A DNA stretch of 64,000 bases from Bacteroidota bacterium (GCA_049578505.1 JBAUMC010000020.1:1619-65618); one strand, 5' to 3'. Positions 9,364 to 18,555 are shown, counted from the first letter of the stretch. Notes: a model not told the origin generated them from the sequence alone. Numbers and translations are program-made.

Positions 9364-10044
9364 TTACCACTCAACCCAATTTCCTTTCGGATGAACCCAG
9401 GTCGAGGAAACAGGTTTGGAAACGAACATCGTGTACAATCCGGAGTTTTGAAAATCAGCACCCATATAATGCTTCATCATGTTCTCCTGGTTCATCCATA
9501 GGTCAATTCCCAATACCTCCAAAGTTTCGGGTGAACCCGGAGCTCCCATTCTAACAAAAAACTCGTGGGATATGATTCCTGCTGCGCGGGCTTGATTCAC
9601 CTGTTTCCCGATTGCGGTGTTGTGAATAGTTTCCGCACCCTCAAGCGATTTAACTTTCCCTCTTACCAGGCCAACGATCTTATCGTTCTTGCCCGTTGGA
9701 GAAGGAAAATGGAAATTCAGAAACCCATCCAATTTACTCCATACGACAGCCTCCCTCGAGGCAAACATCATATTACCTCCGGTTTGAACATCCGTGTTGT
9801 TGAAAAACTTATTAAGGCCGTCGAGGCTGTTCCAAATATCCATAAAGAGCAACTCGCCGGTAAAAGAAGCAGCGGCATTTGTTGGCATAAAGGTCATATG
9901 ACTCATATCGCCGAGTGCTTTAGCGGCGGCCACGCCTCCCGGATTTCCGGCGGTTTCATTGTGCAATTTACAGGTCGCTTCGATGCTGGCTGTCGTTGCT
10001 TTCCCCAGAACGGTAAGCAGGTTAAAGGTCATTTTTCCTGTCAT
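9364..10044 (-). CDS. Hypothetical protein built from two homologous ~100-aa halves
   Basis: The halves align by eye: HNETAG..AAKALGDMSHMTFM..ELLFMDIWNSLDGLNKFF..DVQTGGNMMFAS versus HNTAIG..ARAAGIISHEFFV..EVLGIDLWMNQENMMKHY..DFQNSGLYTMFVS. Composition is balanced, unlike the Cys/His/Arg-rich antisense ORF. Confidence 0.6.
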   Translation of the reverse strand: MTGKMTFNLLTVLGKATTASIEATCKLHNETAGNPGGVAAAKALGDMSHMTFMPTNAAASFTGELLFMDIWNSLDGLNKFFNNTDVQTGGNMMFASREAVVWSKLDGFLNFHFPSPTGKNDKIVGLVRGKVKSLEGAETIHNTAIGKQVNQARAAGIISHEFFVRMGAPGSPETLEVLGIDLWMNQENMMKHYMGADFQNSGLYTMFVSKPVSSTWVHPKGNWVEW

Positions 10045-10240
10045 ATCCCTCTCCTTAATTGTTACGATGTTGTGAATTATACCCTAAGAACGATTGAGAT
10101 TTCAGAATTGGACAGGGCTGGCAAAATATTTTTGAAGCAATTTCACGTTTGGGATAAGGACTGGACTTTGGCAGGAACAGCCCTGGAGGATTTTCAGCAG
10201 GGGGCTGATCGCGCTTGTGTTAAGCGGGGAGCCAATCTTC

Positions 10241-10266
10241 TCGTTCCCAAGCTCTGATTGGGAACG
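10241..10266. repeat. REP-like palindromic element, family A copy 4
   Basis: TCGTTCCCAAGC-TCTGA-TTGGGAACG; intergenic. Confidence 0.6.
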
Positions 10267-10290
10267 TAATAGTGATGCCGTGACTTTGAG

Positions 10291-10854
10291 TCATGGTATC
10301 ACTTGACTCTCCGCATTTTCTTGGATGAGATAGAGACGGTTGTCTTCAACCCGGTACAACAGCGGAGCGATCACAATCTTAGGATACCGCAATCGGAGCC
10401 GCTTCACTTCACTCAGAATAAAATCGATTTCATTCCCGATCTCGAACATCGGGGCGAAGTGGGAAAAGTGTTCCTCGGCCGATTTCCGCCCCCAGCCCGC
10501 CGAGTCGACCAGTCCTTGAATGAATTGCTCCTTGCGTGCATTGAGGTTGACCATGCCGCACTGAGAATGTCCGATCAACGCAATGCAACGCACTCCGCCG
10601 ACGGCGATGGCGTACGAAACTTTGAATTCGCTGTACCTCAAGTTCGCACCGCCGGTGCGAATGATGAATGCAAAATTATCAGGGATGTGAAGATGCTTCC
10701 GGTTGTCCATGCACATTCCTATCAACAGCCGGGCAGTGGTAAAAGGGTCGAAATTTTTCCCGAGGTTATGGTACTCGAGCAGGAGACCGATAGGGGTCTC
10801 ACGGTATTGGGGGAGAATATCTTCTCTTGATGTTATCGTGATTAGTCTGTTCAC
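10291..10854 (-). CDS. Beta-class carbonic anhydrase-like protein
   Basis: CMDNR (C-x-D-x-R) and HSQCGM (H-x-x-C-G) zinc-ligand motifs are at the expected spacing. Apparent GTG start. Confidence 0.6.
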   Translation of the reverse strand: MNRLITITSREDILPQYRETPIGLLLEYHNLGKNFDPFTTARLLIGMCMDNRKHLHIPDNFAFIIRTGGANLRYSEFKVSYAIAVGGVRCIALIGHSQCGMVNLNARKEQFIQGLVDSAGWGRKSAEEHFSHFAPMFEIGNEIDFILSEVKRLRLRYPKIVIAPLLYRVEDNRLYLIQENAESQVIP

Positions 10855-11197
10855 TCAAATCCTAACTTGCCGTGGTACATACACACCATCATAATAGTAT
10901 TAATTTTTCTTAGCGATGTTCGTCTGCAGATACATGGGGCGGCAGAGCTTTGATCAAAGTAGCAGTTCTCTGCTCTTTTGTCAAGAGGTGTGGCGAAACA
11001 ACGGCGTCGTATCCATAAATTCCCGGAGATGTTTGAAATGGAAACGAGTTGGCGTTTATAATTTTATCCGAGCCGTTCAAAATTTTGACGCACAGAGGAT
11101 TATTTCTTTGTAGCCTTCTAGAGGTTTAGCTAACCGCGATTTCATCTCCACATTGTCTGACATCTATCCTTGCAGATCATTGATCAGTGTTGATTGC

Positions 11198-13153
11198 TCA
11201 TTGTTTCCTTCTCGCCATCACTCTATACTGATCCGCTTTATCTTTGTCACCGAGCGCTGCGTAACATGCCGCGGTATTGAAATATCCTCCCTGGAAATTG
11301 GGATCGAGCCGTATCGCTTCGAGAAAATATGGAAGGGCCTTCGAATACTCCTTTTGATTGGCGAAGATGGCTCCGATGTCGTTCTTGATCTTCGGCGCAT
11401 TCGGGGCTAATTTTTCAGCTTCATGCAAATAGAAAAGAGCCTCGTCAAAATGTCCAGTCTCCCCGCAAAGCGCGCCGAGCGCCGCGAGGATTTCGGGGTT
11501 CGCCGGTTCGAGACGGGTGAGAGTTTTGTACGCTCCGACCGCTTTGTTGAAATTTCCGGCCGCCTGTTCAGCTCTTGCACAATTAAGCCATACCCTAGTG
11601 TTCGTCGAATCGAGCGCAACATACCGTTCATAACAGGCCGCTGCCTCGGCATATTCGTGCCTGTCGCGATGATAGATAGCGAATTCCTCATTCGCATCGA
11701 GGCACGCCTGAACACCCCACAGCTGTTTCTCGTCGAGCAACTCAAACCGCGTTACCGCTCGATGTTCGTCAGCATTGAGCGTAACCCAGGATCCGGTCTG
11801 AATAAAAGTAACGACGCCGAGAATCAAGACGACTCGCTGTCTCATTTCGCCCTCCCCGCCGACAAAGCTCCAGATTGCAACTGCTGCCACGGGAATTCCG
11901 ACACTGAAGGGGGCCGCGATATCCCAATCCCTGCTCATCCCGAGCGTGCAATTCAAGACGGCGATCAAACCGGCCCCGCACGACATTGCGAGGAGGAGAA
12001 ACCACTGGTATGTTTCAAAAGGTTTTCTTTTCTTCAACGCCGCGACGATCGCCACCGTGAGAAGTGCAACCGCCGCTGGAGTGCACAATAAATAGAGATT
12101 GGATAATTCCGCCGCATGGCTCAGCGTGAACATGTTGTATGCCTGATGCTTTTCGGCCGGGCCGGTAATCGGAAGGAGGCTGACGCTCGCGTCTTCAAAA
12201 ATCTGCTGGAAATAGGATGGAGAATATCCTGCAAGCAACAACATAGAAATAAAAACGACGCCGGAAAGGAAGAGCGCCACGACGGTTGCCGCTACTTCTC
12301 TCCGCCGGATTCCGATGTACGCAAGAAATACGAGGGCGGGGAGAAATGCCGCGGCGCCGAAATTCATCGACAACAGGAATCCGTACGCCGCCATGGGCCA
12401 GTAAATCGAGATCCTTTCTTTTAGATAAGCGGCGGCGAGAAGGAGGAACAGAAATATTCCAACATACCCAGGGGCATAATTTTCGACGTAACCGAAAAAG
12501 AGAAGGTTGACTCCTGAAGAGAGAAGAAAGAAAAAGATAAGGACTCTGTCTGTTTCATCCTCGGTGAAGAGTCCAATCCCCTTCCAGGCGATGACGGCGA
12601 AACAAACTCCGGAAAGGATGCTCAGCCAGAGGTAGGCATCCTCGGGAGGCGTCGTGCTTCCCAGAAAAATAAAAAGCCGGGAAAGGTAAAAAACAAAAAC
12701 CCCGACAAGCGGTTCACGCGCGAACCCTGTCAGGTTGAGACTTTCAATATTCGCTGGAGCTTTGAGGCTTCGCAGCTGCAAGTAACCGTCTCCAAGAAAG
12801 TAGGTTGCCACTCGGAAATGGACAAAAACCAATGCAAGCGCAGATATTCCGATGAACCCAAATATCCACCGAATCACCGATCCCCGATCGCCTATCCATG
12901 TGACAACCGATCGAATAAGATCAATCAAAAAGAACTGTACGGTAGGGATTAAAAGAATAATCATGGAGATAACGACGGCAGCTCTGACTTCTGTATCGTA
13001 GAAGGCGAGAAAATGAAATCCCCAATTCCATGCCGTCGGCTCAAACGATGCAAGGAGGTCCAGGGCAATAAATGTTCCTACAAAAAAATAAATGATAGGA
13101 AAGATGAGTCTTTCGTCGGTTTCGTCGCTGAGAAGAGCGGGAGGGGTTGACAT
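11198..13153 (-). CDS. Polytopic membrane protein (~11-13 TM helices) with a C-terminal TPR domain; possibly a GT-C-like glycosyltransferase, function unproven
   Basis: The N-terminal ~460 aa are strongly hydrophobic. The C-terminal ~190 aa show TPR repeats (AEAAACYERYVALDSTN, AGNFNKAVGAYKTLTRLEPAN, GHFDEALFYLHEAEKLAPN, KEYSKALPYFLEAIRLDPN). I moved the start to the ATG at 13153 (MSTPPALL); the track uses the TTG at 13213. Confidence 0.65.
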   Translation of the reverse strand: MSTPPALLSDETDERLIFPIIYFFVGTFIALDLLASFEPTAWNWGFHFLAFYDTEVRAAVVISMIILLIPTVQFFLIDLIRSVVTWIGDRGSVIRWIFGFIGISALALVFVHFRVATYFLGDGYLQLRSLKAPANIESLNLTGFAREPLVGVFVFYLSRLFIFLGSTTPPEDAYLWLSILSGVCFAVIAWKGIGLFTEDETDRVLIFFFLLSSGVNLLFFGYVENYAPGYVGIFLFLLLAAAYLKERISIYWPMAAYGFLLSMNFGAAAFLPALVFLAYIGIRRREVAATVVALFLSGVVFISMLLLAGYSPSYFQQIFEDASVSLLPITGPAEKHQAYNMFTLSHAAELSNLYLLCTPAAVALLTVAIVAALKKRKPFETYQWFLLLAMSCGAGLIAVLNCTLGMSRDWDIAAPFSVGIPVAAVAIWSFVGGEGEMRQRVVLILGVVTFIQTGSWVTLNADEHRAVTRFELLDEKQLWGVQACLDANEEFAIYHRDRHEYAEAAACYERYVALDSTNTRVWLNCARAEQAAGNFNKAVGAYKTLTRLEPANPEILAALGALCGETGHFDEALFYLHEAEKLAPNAPKIKNDIGAIFANQKEYSKALPYFLEAIRLDPNFQGGYFNTAACYAALGDKDKADQYRVMARRKQ

Positions 13154-13272
13154 GTTAGTCTTGTGGTCCGAAGTCCTGAGTCCGTAGTTGTGCGTCCCAA
13201 GTCCTGGGTCCAAAGTCGGTGGAACGCGGAGGAGCTCAATTCAATATACCAAAGGAGGGACACATGAACAAT

Positions 13273-13590
13273 AGAAGCGGGGTAGTGCTACACTTTGAGT
13301 ATTCTGAATAAAAAAGATTTGTCATGTCCCCCTAAGGGGGACATCCAGGTTTAATTGCATGGATTCCGGCTTTCGCCGGAATGACATTGACTTTCAAAGT
13401 ATACCACTACCAGAAGCGGGTGCTGGCTCAGATTGTGATTCCCCCGAAAGGGGGTCGAAGACTCGACTCGGCGAGAATCCAAATTTTCTCTTTTTGTTTC
13501 GCAATGGATGCCCACTTTTCCCGAGGGGATTCCTTCGGAATGTGGGCATGACAATTCTTTATTCAAATTAAGCCACTACTTAGAAGCGGC
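13273..13590. repeat. Cluster R1 of family B hairpin units (GTCAT-stem-GAAA/TAA-stem-ATCC) in both orientations
   Basis: Units: 13321-13346 GTCATGTCCCCCTAAGGGGGACATCC; 13361-13386 GGATTCCGGCTTTCGCCGGAATGACA; 13435-13456 GTGATTCCCCCGAAAGGGGGTC; 13506-13553 GGATGCCCAC...GTGGGCATGACA with inner hairpins. The first ~80 nt are homologous to the start of cluster R3 at 59364. Confidence 0.75.
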
Positions 13591-13985
13591 TAGGCGTTGG
13601 AATGAAGGGCGACTTTATTTCCTTCGGTGTCGATGAAGTATGCCATATACCCGATCTGTTTATCAATCAGCGTCTTGGGCATCGTTACTTTTCCCCCTGC
13701 CTTATCGATGCGGTCGAGCACCAACTGCATATCGGGGTTCGCGTTGAGATATACGATGGCACCCGTTGTGCTCGGTTTATGCATCTGGCTTTGGACGAGC
13801 GCACCGCTCACCGTTCCATTGTTGCCGTCCGTAGGAAACATCGCCATCTTCATCCCATTCCATTCTCCGGACCGTAAAGCAATTTCAAAGATCGTCTCAT
13901 AAAATTTTGTCGCTCTTTTAATATCGACTGCCGCTATCTCAAAATAGTTTATTGCGTTAGTGTCTTTGTCCATTTTCTTGCCCAT
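13590..13985 (-). CDS. VOC family protein, paralogue B
   Basis: Collinear with the 8857-9255 product over its whole length, for example GGKVTMPKT.I....G.MA.FID.EGN.VALHS. Confidence 0.7.
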   Translation of the reverse strand: MGKKMDKDTNAINYFEIAAVDIKRATKFYETIFEIALRSGEWNGMKMAMFPTDGNNGTVSGALVQSQMHKPSTTGAIVYLNANPDMQLVLDRIDKAGGKVTMPKTLIDKQIGYMAYFIDTEGNKVALHSNA

Positions 13986-14125
13986 AGGATCCGCCTTTCT
14001 ATTTTTAAATGTATTGTAATTTCTCGCGCAGAGACGCTAAGGCGCAAAGAAAGATGAATCAGTTAGTCTTTGCAAGCTTGACGTCTTTACGGTTCCAATG
14101 CACCACGTCTATTAACCTCTCGCTG

Positions 14126-14869
14126 TTAAGCGGCCTCGGTGGATTTGTTAAACCTTATGATTCGCAACCAACTTAGAATCTTTATCAGCGGGTACGTCGG
14201 ATCGATCTCGAACAGCCTCACGGCAAAATTTATTCTTGCGGGAAATTTGTGATGATTGTTTTGGAATAGCTCGCCGAGTGTAAGGAAATCGAACGGAAGC
14301 GAATTCCGCGATTTGTCACCGGTGTCTTTGAAATTCACATAGCCGTATTTGTGCCCGCTCCAATTCACAATGCCTCCGTGGATAGGTCCCATAATACAAT
14401 GGATTGGAACGAGAAGAAAAAACCACGGACTTGGCGCGAATGCGATATAGAATAATGCGTACGCGCAGACCCACAGAAATCTTACCATCCATGAATCCGC
14501 AAACCTGTCGAACGCTTTCCATTCCGGAATATTTTTATCGAACCCTTTTTCCGGTTCAACTTTGTGAAGCAAATAACCAAGATAAATGTCCTTCGTCCGC
14601 CACATCATCTTAAACATACTCCGAAAATAATGGGGGGAGTGAGGGTCTTTCTCCGTATCGCTGTAGGCATGATGCATTCGATGCATGATTGCATAGGCGC
14701 GGGGATTGAGAAACGAAGATCCCTGTGTGATAAACGTAGCGATGTAGAATGCCCTCTCCCAGAACTTCGACATCGTGAACATTTTGTGCGCAGAATAACG
14801 GTGAAGGAAAAAAGTTTGACAAAACAGCGACAAGAACCAGTGCACCAAAAAAAACACCACTACCACCAT
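14126..14869 (-). CDS. Acyl-CoA/acyl-lipid delta-9-type fatty acid desaturase
   Basis: Membrane desaturase histidine boxes HRYSAH, HRMHHAYSDTEKDPHSP and NNHHKFP, plus GHKYGY. Confidence 0.85.
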   Translation of the reverse strand: MVVVVFFLVHWFLSLFCQTFFLHRYSAHKMFTMSKFWERAFYIATFITQGSSFLNPRAYAIMHRMHHAYSDTEKDPHSPHYFRSMFKMMWRTKDIYLGYLLHKVEPEKGFDKNIPEWKAFDRFADSWMVRFLWVCAYALFYIAFAPSPWFFLLVPIHCIMGPIHGGIVNWSGHKYGYVNFKDTGDKSRNSLPFDFLTLGELFQNNHHKFPARINFAVRLFEIDPTYPLIKILSWLRIIRFNKSTEAA

Positions 14870-14995
14870 AGTCTACCTCAGGCTAAAATTGTAAAAATCA
14901 TTTTACGTGTAGAGTTATTCTACCCCTGGCGAAACGGGAAAAAATACGGATGGGTATGGCAGTTAAACCAAAATGGGTGGGCAATCGTTCCATTC

Positions 14996-15028
14996 ATCCG
15001 TGTCAAGGTTTGAAACCTTGACACGGAT
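14996..15028 (-). terminator. 15-bp perfect palindrome immediately after the stop of the 1150-aa gene; possible terminator or protein-binding site
   Basis: ATCCGTGTCAAGGTT-TGA-AACCTTGACACGGAT, 2 nt from the stop codon at 15031-15033. No clear U-tract on the minus strand. Confidence 0.4.
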
Positions 15029-15030
15029 CA

Positions 15031-18000
15031 TTATTTCACCTGCGTTTTATCTAAGGCGTCATAATATTTGCGGATTAAATCCTGATAGTCTTTCGAATAC
15101 CCTTCTTCCATTGCCTTCAAAAGATCCTCACGAAGCTGGCTTTGCGCCGATACAACTTGAACCTCGGCAGGGCTTTGCCGCACCGGAGTTGTGCCGGCCG
15201 TCGACGTGCGGCGCTGTTCAAAGTCCCGCTCACGCATAGATGTCTGCGCGTCGAGCATTCGGGATAATATTTTTTGCTGCTGTTTGATCGTGTTCGGATT
15301 AACATTGTTCTGCTGCAGGTTCCCAACAACTTCTTTCATTTCGTCTGCAATTTTCTGAAGGTCTCCTAAAATTCTGTTTTTATCCTGGCTTTCTTGTGCC
15401 TCTTTGTTGAGTTCCTCCATCGATTTTCGCACCGCGTCTTGTTGCTGGGCCAATCTCCCCATTTGTTGCATTTGCTCCTGAGACAATCCTCCTGCTTGAG
15501 AAAGCTGTTCCGTCTGCAGATTGATGCTTTCTTGCTGCCCTGCCATTCGCCGCAATTGCTGTAACAGAGAACCGCCCGCTCCCCCTTGACCCCCTTGCTG
15601 CATGGCATCCATTGACGATTGTGCAAGCGATGCCGCTTTGTTTAACGACGCCATCGCTTCGGCTTGTTCGGCGCTTGAGAATTGGCCGTTGCGGCGCTCC
15701 AGCCCGTTCATCGCTTGTGACATATTCGAGATCGCTTTCCCAACCGCCTTCCCCATTTCCGATGTTACGGCAAACGATTTCTGACTCAGCGCTACCAAGT
15801 TGTTTGTTACATTTGAAAGATCGTTCTGCAATCCCAATTGCTTCTCCGCGTTTTCCCGAAATTGTTCCGAATTCGGCGAAAGCGACCGGGATTCGTTTTT
15901 TAAATCCTCCTGCTGCTGGGAAATGTCCAAAAAATCTTGCATTGCTTTGCGCAGCGTGTTCATCGCTTCGTTTGTTTCGTTACTCAACATTTGTTCCTGC
16001 ATCTCCGACAATCTCTTGGACATTTGCTCCATCGCTTTGCTCGCTTTTTCCTGTGATTGGAGCGCTTGCCGCTGTTGCTGTTGACGAAGTTGTTCCGAGC
16101 TTTGCTGAATCGATTGCTCCATTGCGCTGTCGTGTGCGGCCTCCTCAGCTTTGTCCAGCGCCTTCATCGGCATTTCCGTGGGGAATTCATCCATCTTTTT
16201 CCGTAATTCCGCCAATTGCTGCTGGATGTTCGCCAATTCCTTGTTGATGTCATCCTGCTTTTGCGCGAGTTCTTCCGCTTTTTGTTTGTCCGATGAAGGC
16301 GATTCAGAGGTTTCCTTTTGCAAATCTTCTTGTTGTTTTTGAAGTTCGGTGGCGCGCTTTACCATCTCGTCCATTTTTTGTTCAACCTGAATCCGCTTAA
16401 GCAATTCCATCGTTCTCTCGATGCTCTGGCGGAACGCTTCCTCTGAAAACTGCACCTGTTGCATCGCCTGCCGCAGCTGATCGGGTGAAACGTTTTGCAT
16501 GGCTTCCTGCATGCGCTTCATCGCTTCCTGAAATTCGGGTGAATTGATTTGTTGCATCAGTTGCTGAAGCTCCGTGTACTTTTGCAGCGTTTCGGTTGAA
16601 AGGATATTACTCTTCTGCATTACCTGCGTCATTGTATCGACCGACTTGCTCACTTCGTCGATGTCCTTTGTTAGTTCCTGGTAACGCTTCAGAGTCTCTT
16701 CGGCCTTTTTTTGTTTCTGCCAGTCTAGCGGTTGATTTTTTTTCAGTTCCTCTGAAATCTCGTTGAGGTCTTTTTTCAAGTCCTTCTCTTCTTGAACGGA
16801 CTTGTCGAGTTTTTCGATTGCGTCATTTTGGTTTTTGTCGGCATCGGCAAACACTTCGTCAAGCGATGGGAGGCGGAGCAAATACGATTCACTGACCCCT
16901 TTCTTTGGCCCCGAAACATTGTCGTTGTCGAATACTTCACCATGATATTCCACCACATCCTCCGGAACCAGGCCCATCGGGGATATATCCCACTGAAAAT
17001 CGATGTCGTTATCGATAGAGGATTTGCCTTCGTCTGAAATGGGGATGGAAATAAAGGAAAAATTGCTGTCAGGTCGTTCATACCGCGAATGAACTAGACG
17101 GTATGCAAGTTTTAACGAGGTGAATCCGAAATCATCGTGGATTTTCAGTTGGAGCGGTAATTGCACGTTATCAACAACATCGATATTCTTCCCGGGGTAG
17201 GTGATGGAAACCGTCGGTGCCTCGTCGACCGAAGTATTTAATTTATATTCAATCGGGTCGGCGTTAGTGAATCCCTCGTCATCTTCGAGCTTGACATGAT
17301 AGGTCGCTTGACGGCGGAGCACAATTTGTCCGACAAAAGCGCTCTCGCGATATTCAAGGGCCAATTCTTTATTGTCGTTGAACACAAGCGCCGACTGCCG
17401 CAACGTTTTGTCCGCATCGACGTGCCAGCGTACCGTCGTCCCGGGCAGCGCTAGCACGTCGCCGATATTTTCGTCGAGCGACTGCTCCGGCATACGAGAA
17501 TACGGAGGAGGAATGAGCTGAACTTTAAGCGACCGAACAACCGGTCTATTGATTACGTTTATTGTATATCTGTCGCTCTGGATTCCTTCCGCCTCCGAAA
17601 AATATTCAGCGCTTTGTCTGATGGACCCAAGTGTATAGAGAAATTGCCCCGAAGAATCGGCCTGAACCTCATATTGTTCTTTCGAAGATATATCTGCCTG
17701 CAGAATCGAAAGCGTAATTCTCTTTGGGAGGGAACGACGAAGACCGTTTGCCGTTTCCGCATTCGCGGTAAGCGAAATTGACACCGGCACCGATTCGCCG
17801 CTAACAATTTCCACGTTGCCCGGCCGGACAAGAAATGAAAACGCCGGAGGCAGGCGAAATCCTGTGCGGCAATGAACGAGGCGGTAAGCCGCGGGGAGTA
17901 AATCAAATTGAGGGATGGAAAATGCGAGAATGAAAGACGCGGCAATAATCGAAAACTTTTTTCCAGCCTTGCGAACCGCCCTATACGATACAATTTCCGA

Positions 18001-18483
18001 AAAGCGAAGGCGAGCCGCGGCCTGCTGCAAATCCGCAAACGACGCGTCGATCAGCTCCGGTGAATAGCGCGGACGGAACCCAGCGGCTGCATTTTCTCTC
18101 GCGTATTGCTCTCCAAAAATATCCAGAATGTTCCACAATCGGTCTTTGATTTCGGGAAATTGATTGCCAACCTGGATCGCTACTTCTTTTTCTGAAAGGC
18201 CCCGCAATATGTTCTTCCAGCGTAACAACGGAACTGCAATAAGCAATCCTGCGAAAACGGTAATGCCCGCCGCACTTGCAAGGAAAATTGCTGTTCTAAA
18301 AAAAATACTTCCGTTGAACAACGCCTCAGCCGCCGACATTGCTGCCACTAAACCGACAATCGAACTCACGGTAAGCAGAGATCCATATGCCACCCTCTCT
18401 ATATAGAGATGCGTACGAACGGCGGCGAGCCGGCGGCGCATTTCCGAATAAATTGGCGTGCTATGGTTTACGTTAGTAGTCAT
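15031..18483 (-). CDS. Large membrane-anchored protein with a ~550-aa Gln/Glu/Lys-rich coiled-coil C-terminal half (DUF4175-like)
   Basis: Two N-terminal TM helices and a beta-rich middle region are followed by low-complexity heptad-like sequence (QQLMQQINSPEFQEAMKRMQEAMQ, QQQQRQALQSQEKASKAMEQMSKRLSEMQEQ). ATG at 18483 preferred over TTG at 18492. The family name is from memory of similar architectures. Confidence 0.55.
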   Translation of the reverse strand: MTTNVNHSTPIYSEMRRRLAAVRTHLYIERVAYGSLLTVSSIVGLVAAMSAAEALFNGSIFFRTAIFLASAAGITVFAGLLIAVPLLRWKNILRGLSEKEVAIQVGNQFPEIKDRLWNILDIFGEQYARENAAAGFRPRYSPELIDASFADLQQAAARLRFSEIVSYRAVRKAGKKFSIIAASFILAFSIPQFDLLPAAYRLVHCRTGFRLPPAFSFLVRPGNVEIVSGESVPVSISLTANAETANGLRRSLPKRITLSILQADISSKEQYEVQADSSGQFLYTLGSIRQSAEYFSEAEGIQSDRYTINVINRPVVRSLKVQLIPPPYSRMPEQSLDENIGDVLALPGTTVRWHVDADKTLRQSALVFNDNKELALEYRESAFVGQIVLRRQATYHVKLEDDEGFTNADPIEYKLNTSVDEAPTVSITYPGKNIDVVDNVQLPLQLKIHDDFGFTSLKLAYRLVHSRYERPDSNFSFISIPISDEGKSSIDNDIDFQWDISPMGLVPEDVVEYHGEVFDNDNVSGPKKGVSESYLLRLPSLDEVFADADKNQNDAIEKLDKSVQEEKDLKKDLNEISEELKKNQPLDWQKQKKAEETLKRYQELTKDIDEVSKSVDTMTQVMQKSNILSTETLQKYTELQQLMQQINSPEFQEAMKRMQEAMQNVSPDQLRQAMQQVQFSEEAFRQSIERTMELLKRIQVEQKMDEMVKRATELQKQQEDLQKETSESPSSDKQKAEELAQKQDDINKELANIQQQLAELRKKMDEFPTEMPMKALDKAEEAAHDSAMEQSIQQSSEQLRQQQQRQALQSQEKASKAMEQMSKRLSEMQEQMLSNETNEAMNTLRKAMQDFLDISQQQEDLKNESRSLSPNSEQFRENAEKQLGLQNDLSNVTNNLVALSQKSFAVTSEMGKAVGKAISNMSQAMNGLERRNGQFSSAEQAEAMASLNKAASLAQSSMDAMQQGGQGGAGGSLLQQLRRMAGQQESINLQTEQLSQAGGLSQEQMQQMGRLAQQQDAVRKSMEELNKEAQESQDKNRILGDLQKIADEMKEVVGNLQQNNVNPNTIKQQQKILSRMLDAQTSMRERDFEQRRTSTAGTTPVRQSPAEVQVVSAQSQLREDLLKAMEEGYSKDYQDLIRKYYDALDKTQVK

Positions 18484-18555
18484 TTTCACCAACTGCTTTT
18501 ATCTCAACCCCAAAACCTAATAGCTCTTTACTTCCAAAGCTTAACTTTCCACTTA

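Noticed and set aside
9565-10257. 230-aa plus-strand ORF.
   Set aside because: It is antisense to the 226-aa minus-strand gene, which has balanced composition and a clear internal duplication. The plus-frame product is Cys/His/Arg-rich and ends in a REP hairpin.
10855-11197. 343-nt gap upstream of the carbonic-anhydrase-like gene, considered as a possible riboswitch or sRNA. It contains the perfect palindrome CTTTGATCAAAG near 10948-10959 and a GCAGAG/CTCTGC stem.
   Set aside because: I could not match it to any riboswitch core, and the structures are short. It is noted only as unexplained non-coding DNA.
13351-13571. ORFs 13351-13566 (-) and 13359-13571 (+).
   Set aside because: They lie entirely inside hairpin repeat cluster R1. 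Open frames on both strands are typical of palindromic repeats.
15602-16342. Several plus-strand ORFs, including the 211-aa 15612-16247.
   Set aside because: They are antisense to the Gln/Glu-rich coiled-coil region of the 1150-aa gene. CAG/GAA-rich coding sequence keeps the opposite strand open.
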